A stretch of DNA of 64,000 nucleotides from Prasinococcaceae sp. CCMP 1430 (GCA_013416795.1 RQSC01000908.1:1-64000), one strand, 5' to 3'; shown: positions 43,636-54,363, numbered from the stretch's first letter. The notes: a model not told the origin generated them from the letters alone. Numbers and translations are program-made.

Positions 43636-43643
43636 AAACCCTA
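43636..43643 (+). promoter_or_regulatory. Telo-box (AAACCCTA)
   Basis: Exact motif in the AT-rich region upstream of the EF-hand membrane protein gene. Confidence 0.35.
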
Positions 43644-44246
43644 TTTTCCACACTTTCGTACCCTTTCACCCAAAACCTAAACCACCCTCCGTCGACGTGG
43701 CCGCCTGTGGTGGTGCCCATCCCAATTCACGGATATTCGCATCCAAATTTAATTACATCCGTCGTATCTCTACGAGGAATGGCGTGTGCATCGATGCGCC
43801 GTGCGCAATCGAATTCTCTCCGCGCTTCCTTTGCCGTTATCCGATGCACTCTCGGCGCCCAGCGGCATTTTCCGCCGAAAATCGGAGGCTCAAAAAAGGC
43901 GTCGATCCCACATCGAAACGAACTCAATCTGGTCGGCGCCGAGCGAATTATCGAGCGAAATTACCCCTAAAATCAAAATAAATTCTTTTAGACTACTGCA
44001 GGCCTTGCGACACCCGCCGATGCACTCGGACATATCAGAATGCATATCTGCGTCGCAGATTTGCCTGGTTTGCGGAAGCGCAGCGCGCGCGCCGAGGCGG
44101 GTGTTGGTGCAGGCGCGTGCGCGTGGGGTGTTGCTGGCGCGCCACACTGCGCGCGGGGAGCGTGGACGCCGTGGTCGGGAGCGGCTCGAGCGGGGTCGCA
44201 CCTCCGCGGGTTCTTCCTTCCTCACCTCCCTCGGTCGGCGTCGGCG

Positions 44247-45314
44247 ATGGCGCTGCTGGCGGGCGCGCGCGCGCCGCCGCGCGCGAACATCGACCACGCG
44301 CACATCGCAAAGGCAAATCTCCACCTGGACGCGTGCCGCGCGCAGCAGGGGGGCGGGGGCGGCAAGGGCGGCGGCGAGGGCGAGGGCGACAAAAGCGGTG
44401 GCAAGCTGAGCGACGAGGACAAGGTGAAGCGGATGGCGAACTACATGGGCCTGGAGGACATGGACGCCAGGAACAGCAAGGAGCTGCTCAAGAAACTCGA
44501 CGACCAGGGCATCTCGACGCCCGAGGAGCTGAAGGCGCTCTTCAACCAGACCAGCCTGAGGCTGATCTCGTCGCAGGTGTTCTCGCTGGTCCTCGACGCG
44601 GGCGCCATCGCGGGCTGCGCGAGCCTGCACACCTTCGCGACCACGCTCCCGCAGCCGCTGCGCTTCGGGCTCGACGCCGTGTCGTTCGGCCTCGGCGCGA
44701 CCTTCGCCTTCAACTTCCTCGGCGGAGTCGTGGCGCTCGGCGCCAGCGCGACCGCCGCGGTGCTTTTCGGGGCCAACGCTGAGGCCTTCCTCGAGGCCGT
44801 CAAGGCGCGCAGCGAGGCGGGCGGCGGCGTGGAGCCGCTCGCCAAGGTCCGTGACGCCTCGAAGGCGCTCGAAATATACAACACACTGCGCGAGCTCAGC
44901 GACACACTGCAAGAGTCGTCCACGACGACCGCCTCCGGGGTCGCTGCCGGCACGTACTCGAATCTGGCCGCGTTCTTGCTCGTGGAGGACGCAATGAAGA
45001 CTTGGGATCCGTCTGAGTTCGGCTTGACAGAGGCGGACGCCGTGCGCGTCGCGCGCGCCTTCGCCGAGTACGATACCGACCGCTCGGGCGTGCTCGAGGC
45101 CAAGGAGCTCGAGGCCATCCTGGAAAAGCTGGGCATGAAGCTCGATGGCGAGGAAGACCTCGAGTACGCGCTGGAGGCGCTCGACACAAACAAGGACGGC
45201 GTGATCCAGTTCAAGGAGTTCGTCGCGTGGTGGGCTGGGTGTCCGGGCAACCTCTGCACCGCTGAGTACGACACTCCTGCATCCCAGACAGCGGCGGCGG
45301 AGCCGTCGAGTTAG
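44247..45314 (+). CDS. Membrane protein with C-terminal EF-hand pair
   Basis: 355 aa with a central hydrophobic stretch and canonical loops DTDRSGVLEAKE and DTNKDGVIQFKE. The start is tentative. Confidence 0.75.
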   Translation: MALLAGARAPPRANIDHAHIAKANLHLDACRAQQGGGGGKGGGEGEGDKSGGKLSDEDKVKRMANYMGLEDMDARNSKELLKKLDDQGISTPEELKALFNQTSLRLISSQVFSLVLDAGAIAGCASLHTFATTLPQPLRFGLDAVSFGLGATFAFNFLGGVVALGASATAAVLFGANAEAFLEAVKARSEAGGGVEPLAKVRDASKALEIYNTLRELSDTLQESSTTTASGVAAGTYSNLAAFLLVEDAMKTWDPSEFGLTEADAVRVARAFAEYDTDRSGVLEAKELEAILEKLGMKLDGEEDLEYALEALDTNKDGVIQFKEFVAWWAGCPGNLCTAEYDTPASQTAAAEPSS

Positions 45315-45438
45315 GCGAGGCGACCGCTGCGCTCATGGTGACCGCTGGTCCGCGCGTGCGTGCTACCCGCCGCGGAAATAAAATTTTGTTCGATTTTCTA
45401 CTATTCACAAAGCGACGCCGCCTGCTGCCAAAGGCGTC

Positions 45439-46632
45439 TCACACGACCACCGTCGCACACCCTGCCGGGCGCGGCGACCCCGCGGTGCCCCTCGCGTACT
45501 CCCTCTTGCCCGCGAGCGTCTGCTTGGAGAGGAAGGCATTCAAGTGCACCGTCTCCATCTTCTGTACTCGATCGAGCTCAGCGAGCACGTTCTTGTAGCG
45601 CTTGTCGCGCCGCTGCGTGTCGCCCTCGCGCGCCTTGCGCAGCTCCTCGCGACCGCGCGACACGCGCTGCAGCAGTGCCTGCGCCTCTTGCTGCTGCTGT
45701 GCTTGCAAACGCGCCAGCCGCAGCTCAGCCTCGGCCTTGTACGCCGCCAAAGTCGACGCGAGCTCAACCTTTTCGATGGCATCCGCTGCCGTCTTGATGC
45801 GCTGCGCCTCGATGTATTTCCCCTGCCTGGCGAGAGTCGCCTCGAGGTTGCGCTGGATGAGCAACTCCTTTGAGTACTGCGGGCGCGTGGGCGCGCGTGA
45901 CTCGACACCGTCTTTGAAGGCGATCAGTTTTTCGAGATGTACGCCCTTGAGGCGCTCCACCTGCTCCTTGACGCTCGCCTCGTACTCCCCCTCCTTGGCC
46001 TCCCACATACTCGCGTGCGACGAGGACTCGGCAGCGTACGCGCGCTCAGCCTTGAGACGCTCGCTCATCTGACGCGCGCGAATTTCCTCGCGCTTGCGCG
46101 ACTCCTCGTGCACCTTCAAGTCGTTTATGCGCATGGCCGCCGTCCGTGCCTCGAGGTACTTCCCCTCGCGCTCGCACACTCGCCGGTGCTCCTCGAGGGC
46201 GCGCAGGAACTCCAGCACGGCTTCATCCTCGGTGAGCTGACCGTTCTCCCGGTAGCTTCGCCGCGCGCTCAGCGTCGTCTTAGGGCTGTGGGGGCTCGAC
46301 GAGAGACCCGCCTCGCCCTGCTCTCCAGCATGCGCATCGCTGTCGGCCAGCGCGCGGTAGACACTCACGAAGGCACGGAAGCCAACGCGCCCGGTGCCGT
46401 CGGGATCCACCGAGCGCGTCACCAGCGCCAGCTCGCCGGGCGGCACGCTCACCGCGCCGGCCGACGACAGCGCCGCGGCAATCGACGACACTTCCATCAT
46501 TCCCGCCTTTTCTGGGTCTTGCTCAGCGAACGCGTCGTGCAGTGCCTCGAGCTGGGCAGGCGTCATGCCGACCTCCGAGTTGGTCACGCCGAGGAAGGTC
46601 ACGCCCGCGAGCTCAAGAGACGACACGGGCAT
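45439..46632 (-). CDS. EF-hand plus coiled-coil protein
   Basis: 397 aa. Degenerate EF-hands (DPEKAGMME, DPDGTGRVGFRAF) are followed by a long helical region with repeated EGKYLEA / QGKYIEA. Confidence 0.72.
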   Translation of the reverse strand: MPVSSLELAGVTFLGVTNSEVGMTPAQLEALHDAFAEQDPEKAGMMEVSSIAAALSSAGAVSVPPGELALVTRSVDPDGTGRVGFRAFVSVYRALADSDAHAGEQGEAGLSSSPHSPKTTLSARRSYRENGQLTEDEAVLEFLRALEEHRRVCEREGKYLEARTAAMRINDLKVHEESRKREEIRARQMSERLKAERAYAAESSSHASMWEAKEGEYEASVKEQVERLKGVHLEKLIAFKDGVESRAPTRPQYSKELLIQRNLEATLARQGKYIEAQRIKTAADAIEKVELASTLAAYKAEAELRLARLQAQQQQEAQALLQRVSRGREELRKAREGDTQRRDKRYKNVLAELDRVQKMETVHLNAFLSKQTLAGKREYARGTAGSPRPAGCATVVV

Positions 46633-47534
46633 CGATCCCGCGGGGTTCGGAGCCGCAGCAGTGCGCGCGGGATCCTACGCGCACACACGCGCAGCCGCCA
46701 GTCGATAGAGCGCGAGCGGCGTCAGCACGGCGAAGTGCGATTGTCGCTGTGGCACGGCATGGCCAATCGCGAGGAACGAACAGCGCGATGCACCCACGAG
46801 CATCGTTCCCCCCCCCTAGCTCCAGCGCCATTGCCGCGACGAGCACCTGCCGTGTATGCGCAGGCCCGCCCGTCCACGCCGACGCCCGTGCGCGCAGAGC
46901 ACAGGCGCATGCGCCCGAGCGCATGCAAGCTCGGGGGCGCACGAACGCGCCGGCACACCGGGCGCGGGGCGAGCGGGTTGGCGCTCTGTCCCCCCAAAAA
47001 AGTAACGCATTGGCTCTCTCGCGCGCGAGCGCTGCCCCCCCGCGCCAGCGGCGCTCCCCTCCCGCCATCGAGCCGAGCGGCCCCCGAAGCAATGCGACCG
47101 ATGCGAACCACATACGACGAGCGGTAAGGGAGAGACGAGGGGGAGGTGCAGCGCGCGGAAGGGATGTGGGGAGGGAGGGAGGGAGGGAGCGCGCGCGCGC
47201 GCGAGCGCTCTCCCAAGGCGGAAACGAGGGAGACGAAAACAACACGACAGCGAGCGAGGCCGCCGCACTTCGCGCCGCCGCCGCCGCCGCCGCCGCGGCG
47301 CGGCACGGCGCGGCGCGCAGTGGCGCGCGCGCCGCGGCGCATCCGATTGCGGCCCGCGCGGAAGCGCATGCAAAACCATATCACATTTGAACCCTTTTCC
47401 ATCCATACCCATACCCTTATTCGCACTGTGAGCCGTTCAGGTTTCGTGCCATGCGAGCGCGCCCGGCCGTGGCATGGTATCAGCGGTCGAGGACGAGTCG
47501 ATTAAATGAGGGCCCGCGGCCGCGCGCCGCGGGC

Positions 47535-50150
47535 TCAGAAGAACGCCAGGCTGCCCGCCCCGGCCACGCGCGCCGAGTTGCCGCCGCCGCGCTGCCTGGG
47601 TGGTGTGGGCGGCCGCTCCTCGTTGATGCGGCTCATCCACATGTCGTCCAGGAGGCCGCCCTCGTCGCCGGGGCTCTCAGCCCCGGGCTTGATGGTGGGC
47701 GGCAACGGGTGAATGAGCTTGGGCACAACCAGCAGGTCGCGACCAACGACCAAGATAGCCCCCGCGTTGTTGGCCGTGCCACAGTAGTTGGTCGCCGAGA
47801 AGACGGTGATGAGGTGGCCCTGCGCAAAGCGCTCGAAGCCGTCCATGACGCACTCGTGCGCGCGAACGAGCATCGAGAGGTTATTGTTGGAACAGAAGTC
47901 GCGGACGCGGTCGGGGCCGAAGGTGACAAGCCCTGGGCCGCGCGCGTTGGGCTGCAGGCCCTCGATGCCGTCGTTGTCGGTGGGATCCGACCACAGCAAG
48001 TCCATCAGTAGCTGGCCGCCCCCTTCCATGGTGACCGGCCGAACCACCGCCTCGATCTGCTCCACCTTGCTGATGCAGCGCCCAATGCCGCCGTGCATGC
48101 ACAGGATCTTGCCCTCGATGCTCGCCGCGAGCGGCAGCCAATTAAACACTTGGTTGAAGCGCTGCCACACCCAGATGCCCTGCTCCTCGCCAAGGCGCTC
48201 CACGCACTCCGTGCGGAAGCCAAAGAGCGCGTTGATATCGCTCGCCTCGTGGTTGCCACGGATGAGGTGCACGTTGTTCGGGTGCTCGATCTTGAGCGCC
48301 AGCAGCAGGCAAAGCGTCTCGAGCGAGTGGTTGCCGCGGTCCACGTAGTCGCCGAGAAAGAGGTAGTCAATGTAGTTGATGTCGCCGGCCGTGCTTGGCG
48401 AGCCGTACTCTGCGAAGAGCCGCATCAAGTCCACAAACTGCCCGTGGAGGTCACCGAAGATTTTCACCGGAGCGCGCACTTGCAGCACGCTTTTCTCGTC
48501 CTGGAAGATCGCCTCGGCCTTGTCGCAGAGGTCCGAGATGCTCTCGGCACTCAGGATGAACGAGCGATCCGAGGGTGGCTCCCACCCGCGCGGCTTCAGC
48601 AGGTGCTGCAGCACGGCCTTGTGCACGCCTCCCATCGACCGCACGCGCTGCATGATCGGCGTACTGCCGGACGCGCTCGCGGGCGAAGACAGCTGGGCGC
48701 TGTGCTGCGCGCTCGGCGTGCCCATGCTCACACGCCGCGCTTCGTTCTCGAACTGGTCAATGCTCAGCTGCCGCACCAAGCCACCGAAGTGGTCGCCGCT
48801 GTCTGCCGCCGCCGCGACCACCACTGCGCGATTGTGCAGGCGCACCTCCGTGCCCGGGGTCGACGTGTGCGAGCCAGGTCGTGGCGGGGGTCGCCCGCCC
48901 GACTTGACCCCTGCGTTGACGGCAGGGTCGTCAGGCGTGCTGGGCGAGCCCTCGCCCTTGCCGTATGCGTTCATGCCCGCGCCGATGTCCATTTGCTCGG
49001 GCGGGAGCTCCCCGCCGCGTGCCAGCTGCCAAGCGCGCCACGCTGGCGACGACGCTTTGCCGACAATGCCCAGCGTGCCCGCCTCGTTGGTCTCCGCCTT
49101 CGCATCCGTCCCCGCCAACAAGTCGTCGAGCAGCACCCCGCCCCGCAAGCCGCCGTACACGAACATGCACCCCTTGCACACCGCCATCGCATGCCTACAG
49201 CGCGCCGTCACAGACGCGTCGCCTTGCCTGCCGCCATCGTCCCCCTCGCCGCCGTCGCCTGAGACGGCCCATGTGCCCGCGTTGGTGCACAGCGTGGCCA
49301 GCTCAGCGTCCTTATCGACCAAGCGACCCCCCCCGAGCGCGCCGCCGACCACGTGCAGCCGGCAGTCGACGAACGCAGCCGTGTGCTGGTACCGCGCGGA
49401 CGGAGCCGTCCCGGGCGCTGGCGCCCACTCCCACCGCCCGTCGCGGTGGCGCGCCAGCCCGTACGTGTCCGCGAGCGGCTGAGACGACGCGTCGCGCCCG
49501 CCCGACAGCAGCAGCAGCCCGTCGGAGCGCGCCGCTGCGGCGGCGTACATGCGCGCGGCGGGCAACGGTCCCTGCGCCCGCACGCGCAGCCAGGCGTACG
49601 GCTTCGTCGCGGTGTCAAGAGCCCAGATATCGTCCAGCGTGTTCCTGCCGTCATTGCCGCCGATCACAATGAGGAAGCGCTGCCCGAGCAGCGCCAGCAC
49701 GTGCGCGTACCTGGCGGCCGGCCCCGGGCCTGGCACGACGACCCTGTGCCAGCGCGGCGTTGCCGGGCTGAGGTCGAGCACGTGCAGATCCCCAGTCGCC
49801 AACCCTGCCGGCCCAATGCCGCCCTGCACAACCACCATGTTGCCCACCGCCGCCGCGGCGTGCGCTGCACGCGGGCTCGGCGGCTCGCCCAACGGCTCGA
49901 GCTTGTTCCACACGCCCGACGCCACGTCAAACATGTGGCAGTCGGACGTGGCGCCCGCCAGTCGCACGCCGCCGCCGGCAGCGGGCGCCGGCGTGCCGCC
50001 CGGCCCGCTGCCCTCGAGGGCGGTCGCCCCGCCGAACAGGAGCAGCTTCCCCGTGCCGTGCTCTGGGCCCTCGAGCGCCGTGAGCGTGTGGCTAGAACTG
50101 ACCCTCGTTCGCCGGCTGGGCCCCCGCTCTTCGTTGCAGGTACTTCTCAT
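47535..50150 (-). CDS. BSL: BSU1-like (BSL/PPKL) kelch-repeat Ser/Thr phosphatase; 5' end uncertain
   Basis: N-terminal kelch repeats (HTLT..LLLFGGATALEG, PSPRAAHAA, PAARYAH) and a PP1-type domain with GDLHGQ, GDYVDRG, RGNHE, DLLWSDP and FSATNYCG. Ends EERPPTPPR. Possible extra 5' exon(s) lie at 50250-50431. Confidence 0.92.
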   Translation of the reverse strand: MRSTCNEERGPSRRTRVSSSHTLTALEGPEHGTGKLLLFGGATALEGSGPGGTPAPAAGGGVRLAGATSDCHMFDVASGVWNKLEPLGEPPSPRAAHAAAAVGNMVVVQGGIGPAGLATGDLHVLDLSPATPRWHRVVVPGPGPAARYAHVLALLGQRFLIVIGGNDGRNTLDDIWALDTATKPYAWLRVRAQGPLPAARMYAAAAARSDGLLLLSGGRDASSQPLADTYGLARHRDGRWEWAPAPGTAPSARYQHTAAFVDCRLHVVGGALGGGRLVDKDAELATLCTNAGTWAVSGDGGEGDDGGRQGDASVTARCRHAMAVCKGCMFVYGGLRGGVLLDDLLAGTDAKAETNEAGTLGIVGKASSPAWRAWQLARGGELPPEQMDIGAGMNAYGKGEGSPSTPDDPAVNAGVKSGGRPPPRPGSHTSTPGTEVRLHNRAVVVAAAADSGDHFGGLVRQLSIDQFENEARRVSMGTPSAQHSAQLSSPASASGSTPIMQRVRSMGGVHKAVLQHLLKPRGWEPPSDRSFILSAESISDLCDKAEAIFQDEKSVLQVRAPVKIFGDLHGQFVDLMRLFAEYGSPSTAGDINYIDYLFLGDYVDRGNHSLETLCLLLALKIEHPNNVHLIRGNHEASDINALFGFRTECVERLGEEQGIWVWQRFNQVFNWLPLAASIEGKILCMHGGIGRCISKVEQIEAVVRPVTMEGGGQLLMDLLWSDPTDNDGIEGLQPNARGPGLVTFGPDRVRDFCSNNNLSMLVRAHECVMDGFERFAQGHLITVFSATNYCGTANNAGAILVVGRDLLVVPKLIHPLPPTIKPGAESPGDEGGLLDDMWMSRINEERPPTPPRQRGGGNSARVAGAGSLAFF

Positions 50151-50872
50151 TCATGATTTTCCTGACATTAGTGGAGCTTAACTTAATAGTTGCGATTCTC
50201 GTGGGCGCTTTCGACGCGGCCAGGGAGCACGCCGCATCGAAACATGTACCGGAGAGGACAATCGGCGCGACTGTCACCGAGTATCGACTCTTGCGCCGGG
50301 CCACGCGCCTGCAGGCAGACGGGGTGCGTTCGCGCTCNGGCACCGCGGCGCCGCGGCGCCGTGTGGCGTGCGCGCGCGCGCGAATCGCCCGGTTTGCGCG
50401 CAACGCAAACACCTCCTTCCCCGCGCGCCATCAAAACGCACCCGCGCCGCGAAAAACGGAAAAAGCGGCGCGCGCGCGCGAGACGCGCGAGCGCGCGGCC
50501 CGCCGAAGTCGCCATCAAATCGCACGCGGCCGGGGGGGCGAGCCCCCCCCCTGGCGCCGCTCCGACCAATGTTTTCCGGCCTTAAATGAGATAAAAATTA
50601 GGGCCGTTGCTTACTAGCTGGAAAAAAGTTTGGATGTTTTCTGCGGGTACATGAGATAAAAATGAAGGCCGCTGCGTAAGAGCCGGAACAAATTTTTGGC
50701 ATAAATTCAGGCGTCGGGAGAGAATTTGTGCCAAAAGTTGTTCAGAGGGGGGCTTGCTTCATAGCTGGAATGAGAATAATTTTTTGCATGCATTTTTGAT
50801 GGAAAACACCAAACCGAGGTACCGGGTGGTCCCCCGATGCGCGCAACCGCAACATATTATGGGTGTAAATAA

Positions 50873-50880
50873 TAGGGTTT
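50873..50880 (-). promoter_or_regulatory. Telo-box (AAACCCTA)
   Basis: TAGGGTTT between the divergent BSL and glucosidase II beta genes. Confidence 0.35.
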
Positions 50881-50960
50881 GATGAGGTCCTCTCGAATGC
50901 GAGCCCGCCGATCGGCGCGCGGCCACAGGGCGCGGCGCCGGCGGCGCGCCTCCCCCCCAG

Positions 50961-52473
50961 GCGCGCGCGGGCGCGTACGCCGCGGAGCCGTTCGCGTGCC
51001 TGGACGGGCGGGGCGCGGGCGTGGTGAACGATGACTTCTGCGACTGCGCCGACGGCAGCGACGAGCCCGGGACGGCCGCGTGCGCGGGCTCCGGCGGCGC
51101 GTTCCGCTGCGAGAACGCCGGCTACGAGGCCGCGCTCGTGAGCGCCGCGCGCGTCGGCGACGGCGTCTGCGACTGCTGCGACGGCACGGACGAGCCCAAG
51201 GGGATGTGCGGCAACACCTGCGACAAGGAGCTCGCCGAGCGCGTCGCCGCGGCCACTGCGGAGCTCGCCGTGTACGCTGACGGTCTCGCTGCGCGTAAGG
51301 GTATCATCGCCGCGTCGGCAGCCAAGGTTGCCGATTGGAAGGCCACCGCCGCAGGTGAGTCGGCGCGCGCGCCCGTGCGGGCGCGCCGGTTCCGGTGCGC
51401 GGCGGCGCTGACGCACAATCCTTCCGCGCGCCCGACCCTGTCGGCGCTGCGATCGGCCGCGCTCGCAATCTCTGCCCGCCCGCTCTGCTTCGCCCGCGTG
51501 CATGCGCGCGCCTGGCTCTTTCCCCGCCACAGGCTCGCAGGAGGCTGTGGGTGCCGCCGAGGCGTGGAAGGCAGAGGCTGAGCGCAGATATGAGCTGGTC
51601 GAGCAGCGCGAGGAGAGCGGCGATGTCGGCGAGCCCGAGGGGCCCGAGGCGGAAGAGGCGCCAGATGAGTGCGCCGAGGACGATGCGGATGAGCCGACCG
51701 AGGAGACGGAGGTCGAGCGCGCGAAGCGCATCGCGATGCAATGGGGCGCGAAAACCGGCGACGATGATGAGGACGGCGCTGCCGCCGATTGCGCGGGCGC
51801 ATGCAGCAGTGGGGCCATTGGCGCGGACGATTGGGACGACGAGGCAGTGGCGGCCCTCGCGCCGCTCGTGCGCAATGCGAGCGCAGCCAAGCCAGAGGAG
51901 TGGTCCGACGAGGATGACGGACCGTGGGAGCAGCCGACGGTGGAGAACCCGCGCTTTGCAGAACTCAAGAGACGCACAGCCGCCGACTGTGCCGCCGCTG
52001 AGGAAAAGCTGAAGGCGCTGAAGGCTGAGCGCAAAAGTGCGCAGGATCTGCTGGTGAGGCACTTCAAGGGCGAGTACGGCGCAGACAGTGAACTGGCAGC
52101 GCTCGCGGGCGAGTGCTTGAAGGGCACCGTCGATGCGTACGAGTATGAGTTGTGTCCTTTCGACAAGGCTGTGCAGGTTGAGAGGGACCACCACAGTAGG
52201 CGCACCAACCTCGGCAAGTGGGCCGGCTACGAGACCGACGCCAACGGTATCGTGAGCGCCATGCACTTCGACGGCGGCGTGCCTTGCCCGAACGGCGTCG
52301 CCCGCAAAGTGGATGCCACGCTCGTGTGCGGCGCCACCCAGGCCGTGTTGTCGGTGGAAGAGCCCAACATGTGCGAGTACGTCGCGCGTGTATCGACGCC
52401 GCTGGCGTGCAGCGAGGGGGGACGCGCCGAGCTCGAGGCATTTCTCGCCGAGCACGCGGCCGACGCGTCGTAG
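50961..52473 (+). CDS. PRKCSH: Glucosidase II beta subunit-like (PRKCSH family); 5' end unresolved
   Basis: Exons 50961-51354 and 51533-52473. Contains [41 protein letters not shown] and an MRH domain ([32 protein letters not shown]). Confidence 0.85.
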
Positions 52474-52704
52474 TCCCGCATGGCGCGCGCGCGCGCCGTA
52501 AATTCTGGGCATTGGGCGGGCGACGCACATGGTGCGCGTCGATGTATTATTCAATCCTACCTGGGCTGAGCAGGGCCACCCTGTGAGCTCGCTTGCTTGT
52601 GCCACAGCGGCGCGTGTGGAACGAGCGTGCCGCCTGGCCTGGGTGACCGCCGCCTCTCTTGCCCGGCTACTGTCCCACGGTACCTCGAGAGGCCGTGGCT
52701 CGCG

Positions 52705-53628
52705 TCAGTTGGGCATGACGAGGTCCTCGAGCTCCAGGAATGTGCGCACGCCGAGCTTGATCATGCCGTCGTCGTTCCTGATCCAGCCTTCGCTCTCGAT
52801 TTTGTCGAGTGCCGCTTCTTTATCGCTTGTGCGCATACCCGCGACCTGCTGCGTGTCGAGGTACTGCGTCTGAGCGACGGCGTCGTCCTCGTCCGGCGCC
52901 TCCCCCTCGGGTACGCGCACGTTGATGGCCTGCAGTGGCGCGGGTCAGAGCACGATGCGAGGGCGGCCTGACGCAGCGGGCGCGCTCCTGCGACGATGTT
53001 CTGACAGCGGGCGAGCACGCGCGTACCTGCATCATGGGCAGCTCGCCGTCCGGGCAATTGTTGGTGATCTCCTCGACAATCAGGCGGAACAGCGAGAGCT
53101 CTCCTGGCGTCAGCCGCGTGCCCGACGTCTTGGATGGGCTGTCGGCGACCTTGTTGACAATGCCGATGTACAGCTTGTTGTCTTCGTGCTTGTACGCGGT
53201 GCGGCGCAGGCCCATGCCGATGAAGTTGAGAGCTTCATTGATCGCCGCCCAGTATTCTGTGTATCCGCTGTCGTCCTCCTCGCCGGCGGCCTGAGCGCCG
53301 CATAGGAAGAGCGTACCCGCATGGGGCGGCATGGTGGTGGTGGCGGCGGCGATGAGGGCGACGGGTGGTCAGATTCTTGCTCGCGCGCCCGTGCGGCACT
53401 CCTCACGCGTGTCGATGGGCGAATCGCTCGGCGCGCGCTCACCTCCCTGTAGATCTCACGCGCCTCCTTGTCGAGCATGTACTTCCGCGCGAGGAGCGCC
53501 TGCACGAGCACGTGGTGGTGCGGCTCGAGGGCGGCGCGCGCGCCGACGTGCCGCCTGCCGCCCACCGCCTTCGACTTGGTCTTCTTGCTGCTCGGCCCGG
53601 CCGCCGCCGAGCCGAAGCGCTTGGGCAT
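52705..53628 (-). CDS. NSE1: Non-SMC element 1 of the SMC5/6 complex (no RING domain visible), 3 exons
   Basis: Exons 53628-53443, 53290-53027 and 52929-52705 (224 aa). Contains HHVLVQALLAR, INEALNFIGMGLR, LYIGIVNKVAD, ELSLFRLIVEEI, EAALDKIESEGWI and LGVRTFLEL. Confidence 0.78.
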
Positions 53629-53841
53629 CGCGGCCGGCGGAGCCTCGCGCCGCGCGCGAGTGCGGGGCGGGCGCGTCGTGCGCGCGCAGTGTGGCGGGCA
53701 CCCGCTCTTTCGGTACCTACTTTTTGAACCACTTTTTGTTTTTTGTTCCCGCCGCTCACAGGACGCGGCGCGAGTGCACACAGCAAGCGCCCCCGCGCCA
53801 CACGGCGCGCGGGGGACGCGCCCGGGCGCGCGAGGCCACCC

Positions 53842-54363
53842 ATGATGTCAAGTAGCACGACCGGACCGCCGCCGAGCCTGCCGCCGAGCCCGCCGCCGAG
53901 CCCGCCGCCGAGCCCACCGCCGAGCCCGCCGCCACAATCGCTCGAGGAACTCTGCAGGACATTTGGCAAGAAAAAGAAGTGCAATGCGGAGAGCGCGTGC
54001 GAATGGAGCGACTCCACGTCCACGTGCAAGACAGACTGTTCGACCCTGAGCAAGAAGAGCACGTGCAATGCGGAGAGCGCCTGCAAGTGGAGCTCCAAGT
54101 CATGCAAGGACAAGGAGGACGACGAAGTGGAGGAGGAGGCAGTGGACTGCTCGACCTTCAGCAAGAAGAGCACGTGCAATGCGGAGAGCGCCTGCAAGTG
54201 GAACTCTTCCAAGGAGAAGTGCAAGGACAAGGAGGACGACGAAGTTGAGGAGGAGGCAGTGGACTGCTCGACCTTCAGCAAGAAGAGCACGTGCAATGCG
54301 GAGAGCGCTTGCAAGTGGAACTCTGCCAAGGAGAAGTGCAAAGCTCAAGAGGCGGGGGCGTAG
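53842..54363 (+). CDS. Extensin-like (SPPP)n plus four Cys-Trp repeats protein
   Basis: 173 aa: PPSLPP(SPPP)4, then four C-x8-C-x5-C-x-W-x4/6-C units separated in part by acidic linkers. Confidence 0.65.
   Translation: MMSSSTTGPPPSLPPSPPPSPPPSPPPSPPPQSLEELCRTFGKKKKCNAESACEWSDSTSTCKTDCSTLSKKSTCNAESACKWSSKSCKDKEDDEVEEEAVDCSTFSKKSTCNAESACKWNSSKEKCKDKEDDEVEEEAVDCSTFSKKSTCNAESACKWNSAKEKCKAQEAGA
54033..54345 (+). repeat. Coding tandem repeat, 117-bp unit
   Basis: GACTGCTCGACCTTCAGCAAGAAGAGC starts at 54145 and again at 54262, with a near-identical copy from about 54033. Confidence 0.85.

Noticed and set aside
46633-47534. Possible small gene between the EF-hand gene and BSL
   Set aside because: Only low-complexity ORFs are present, with no motif or supportable exon structure.
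53439-54341. Minus-strand 300-aa repeat ORF (LHFSLEEFHLQALSALH...)
   Set aside because: It is the antisense of the Cys-repeat gene. The + strand has the coherent codon usage and motif pattern.
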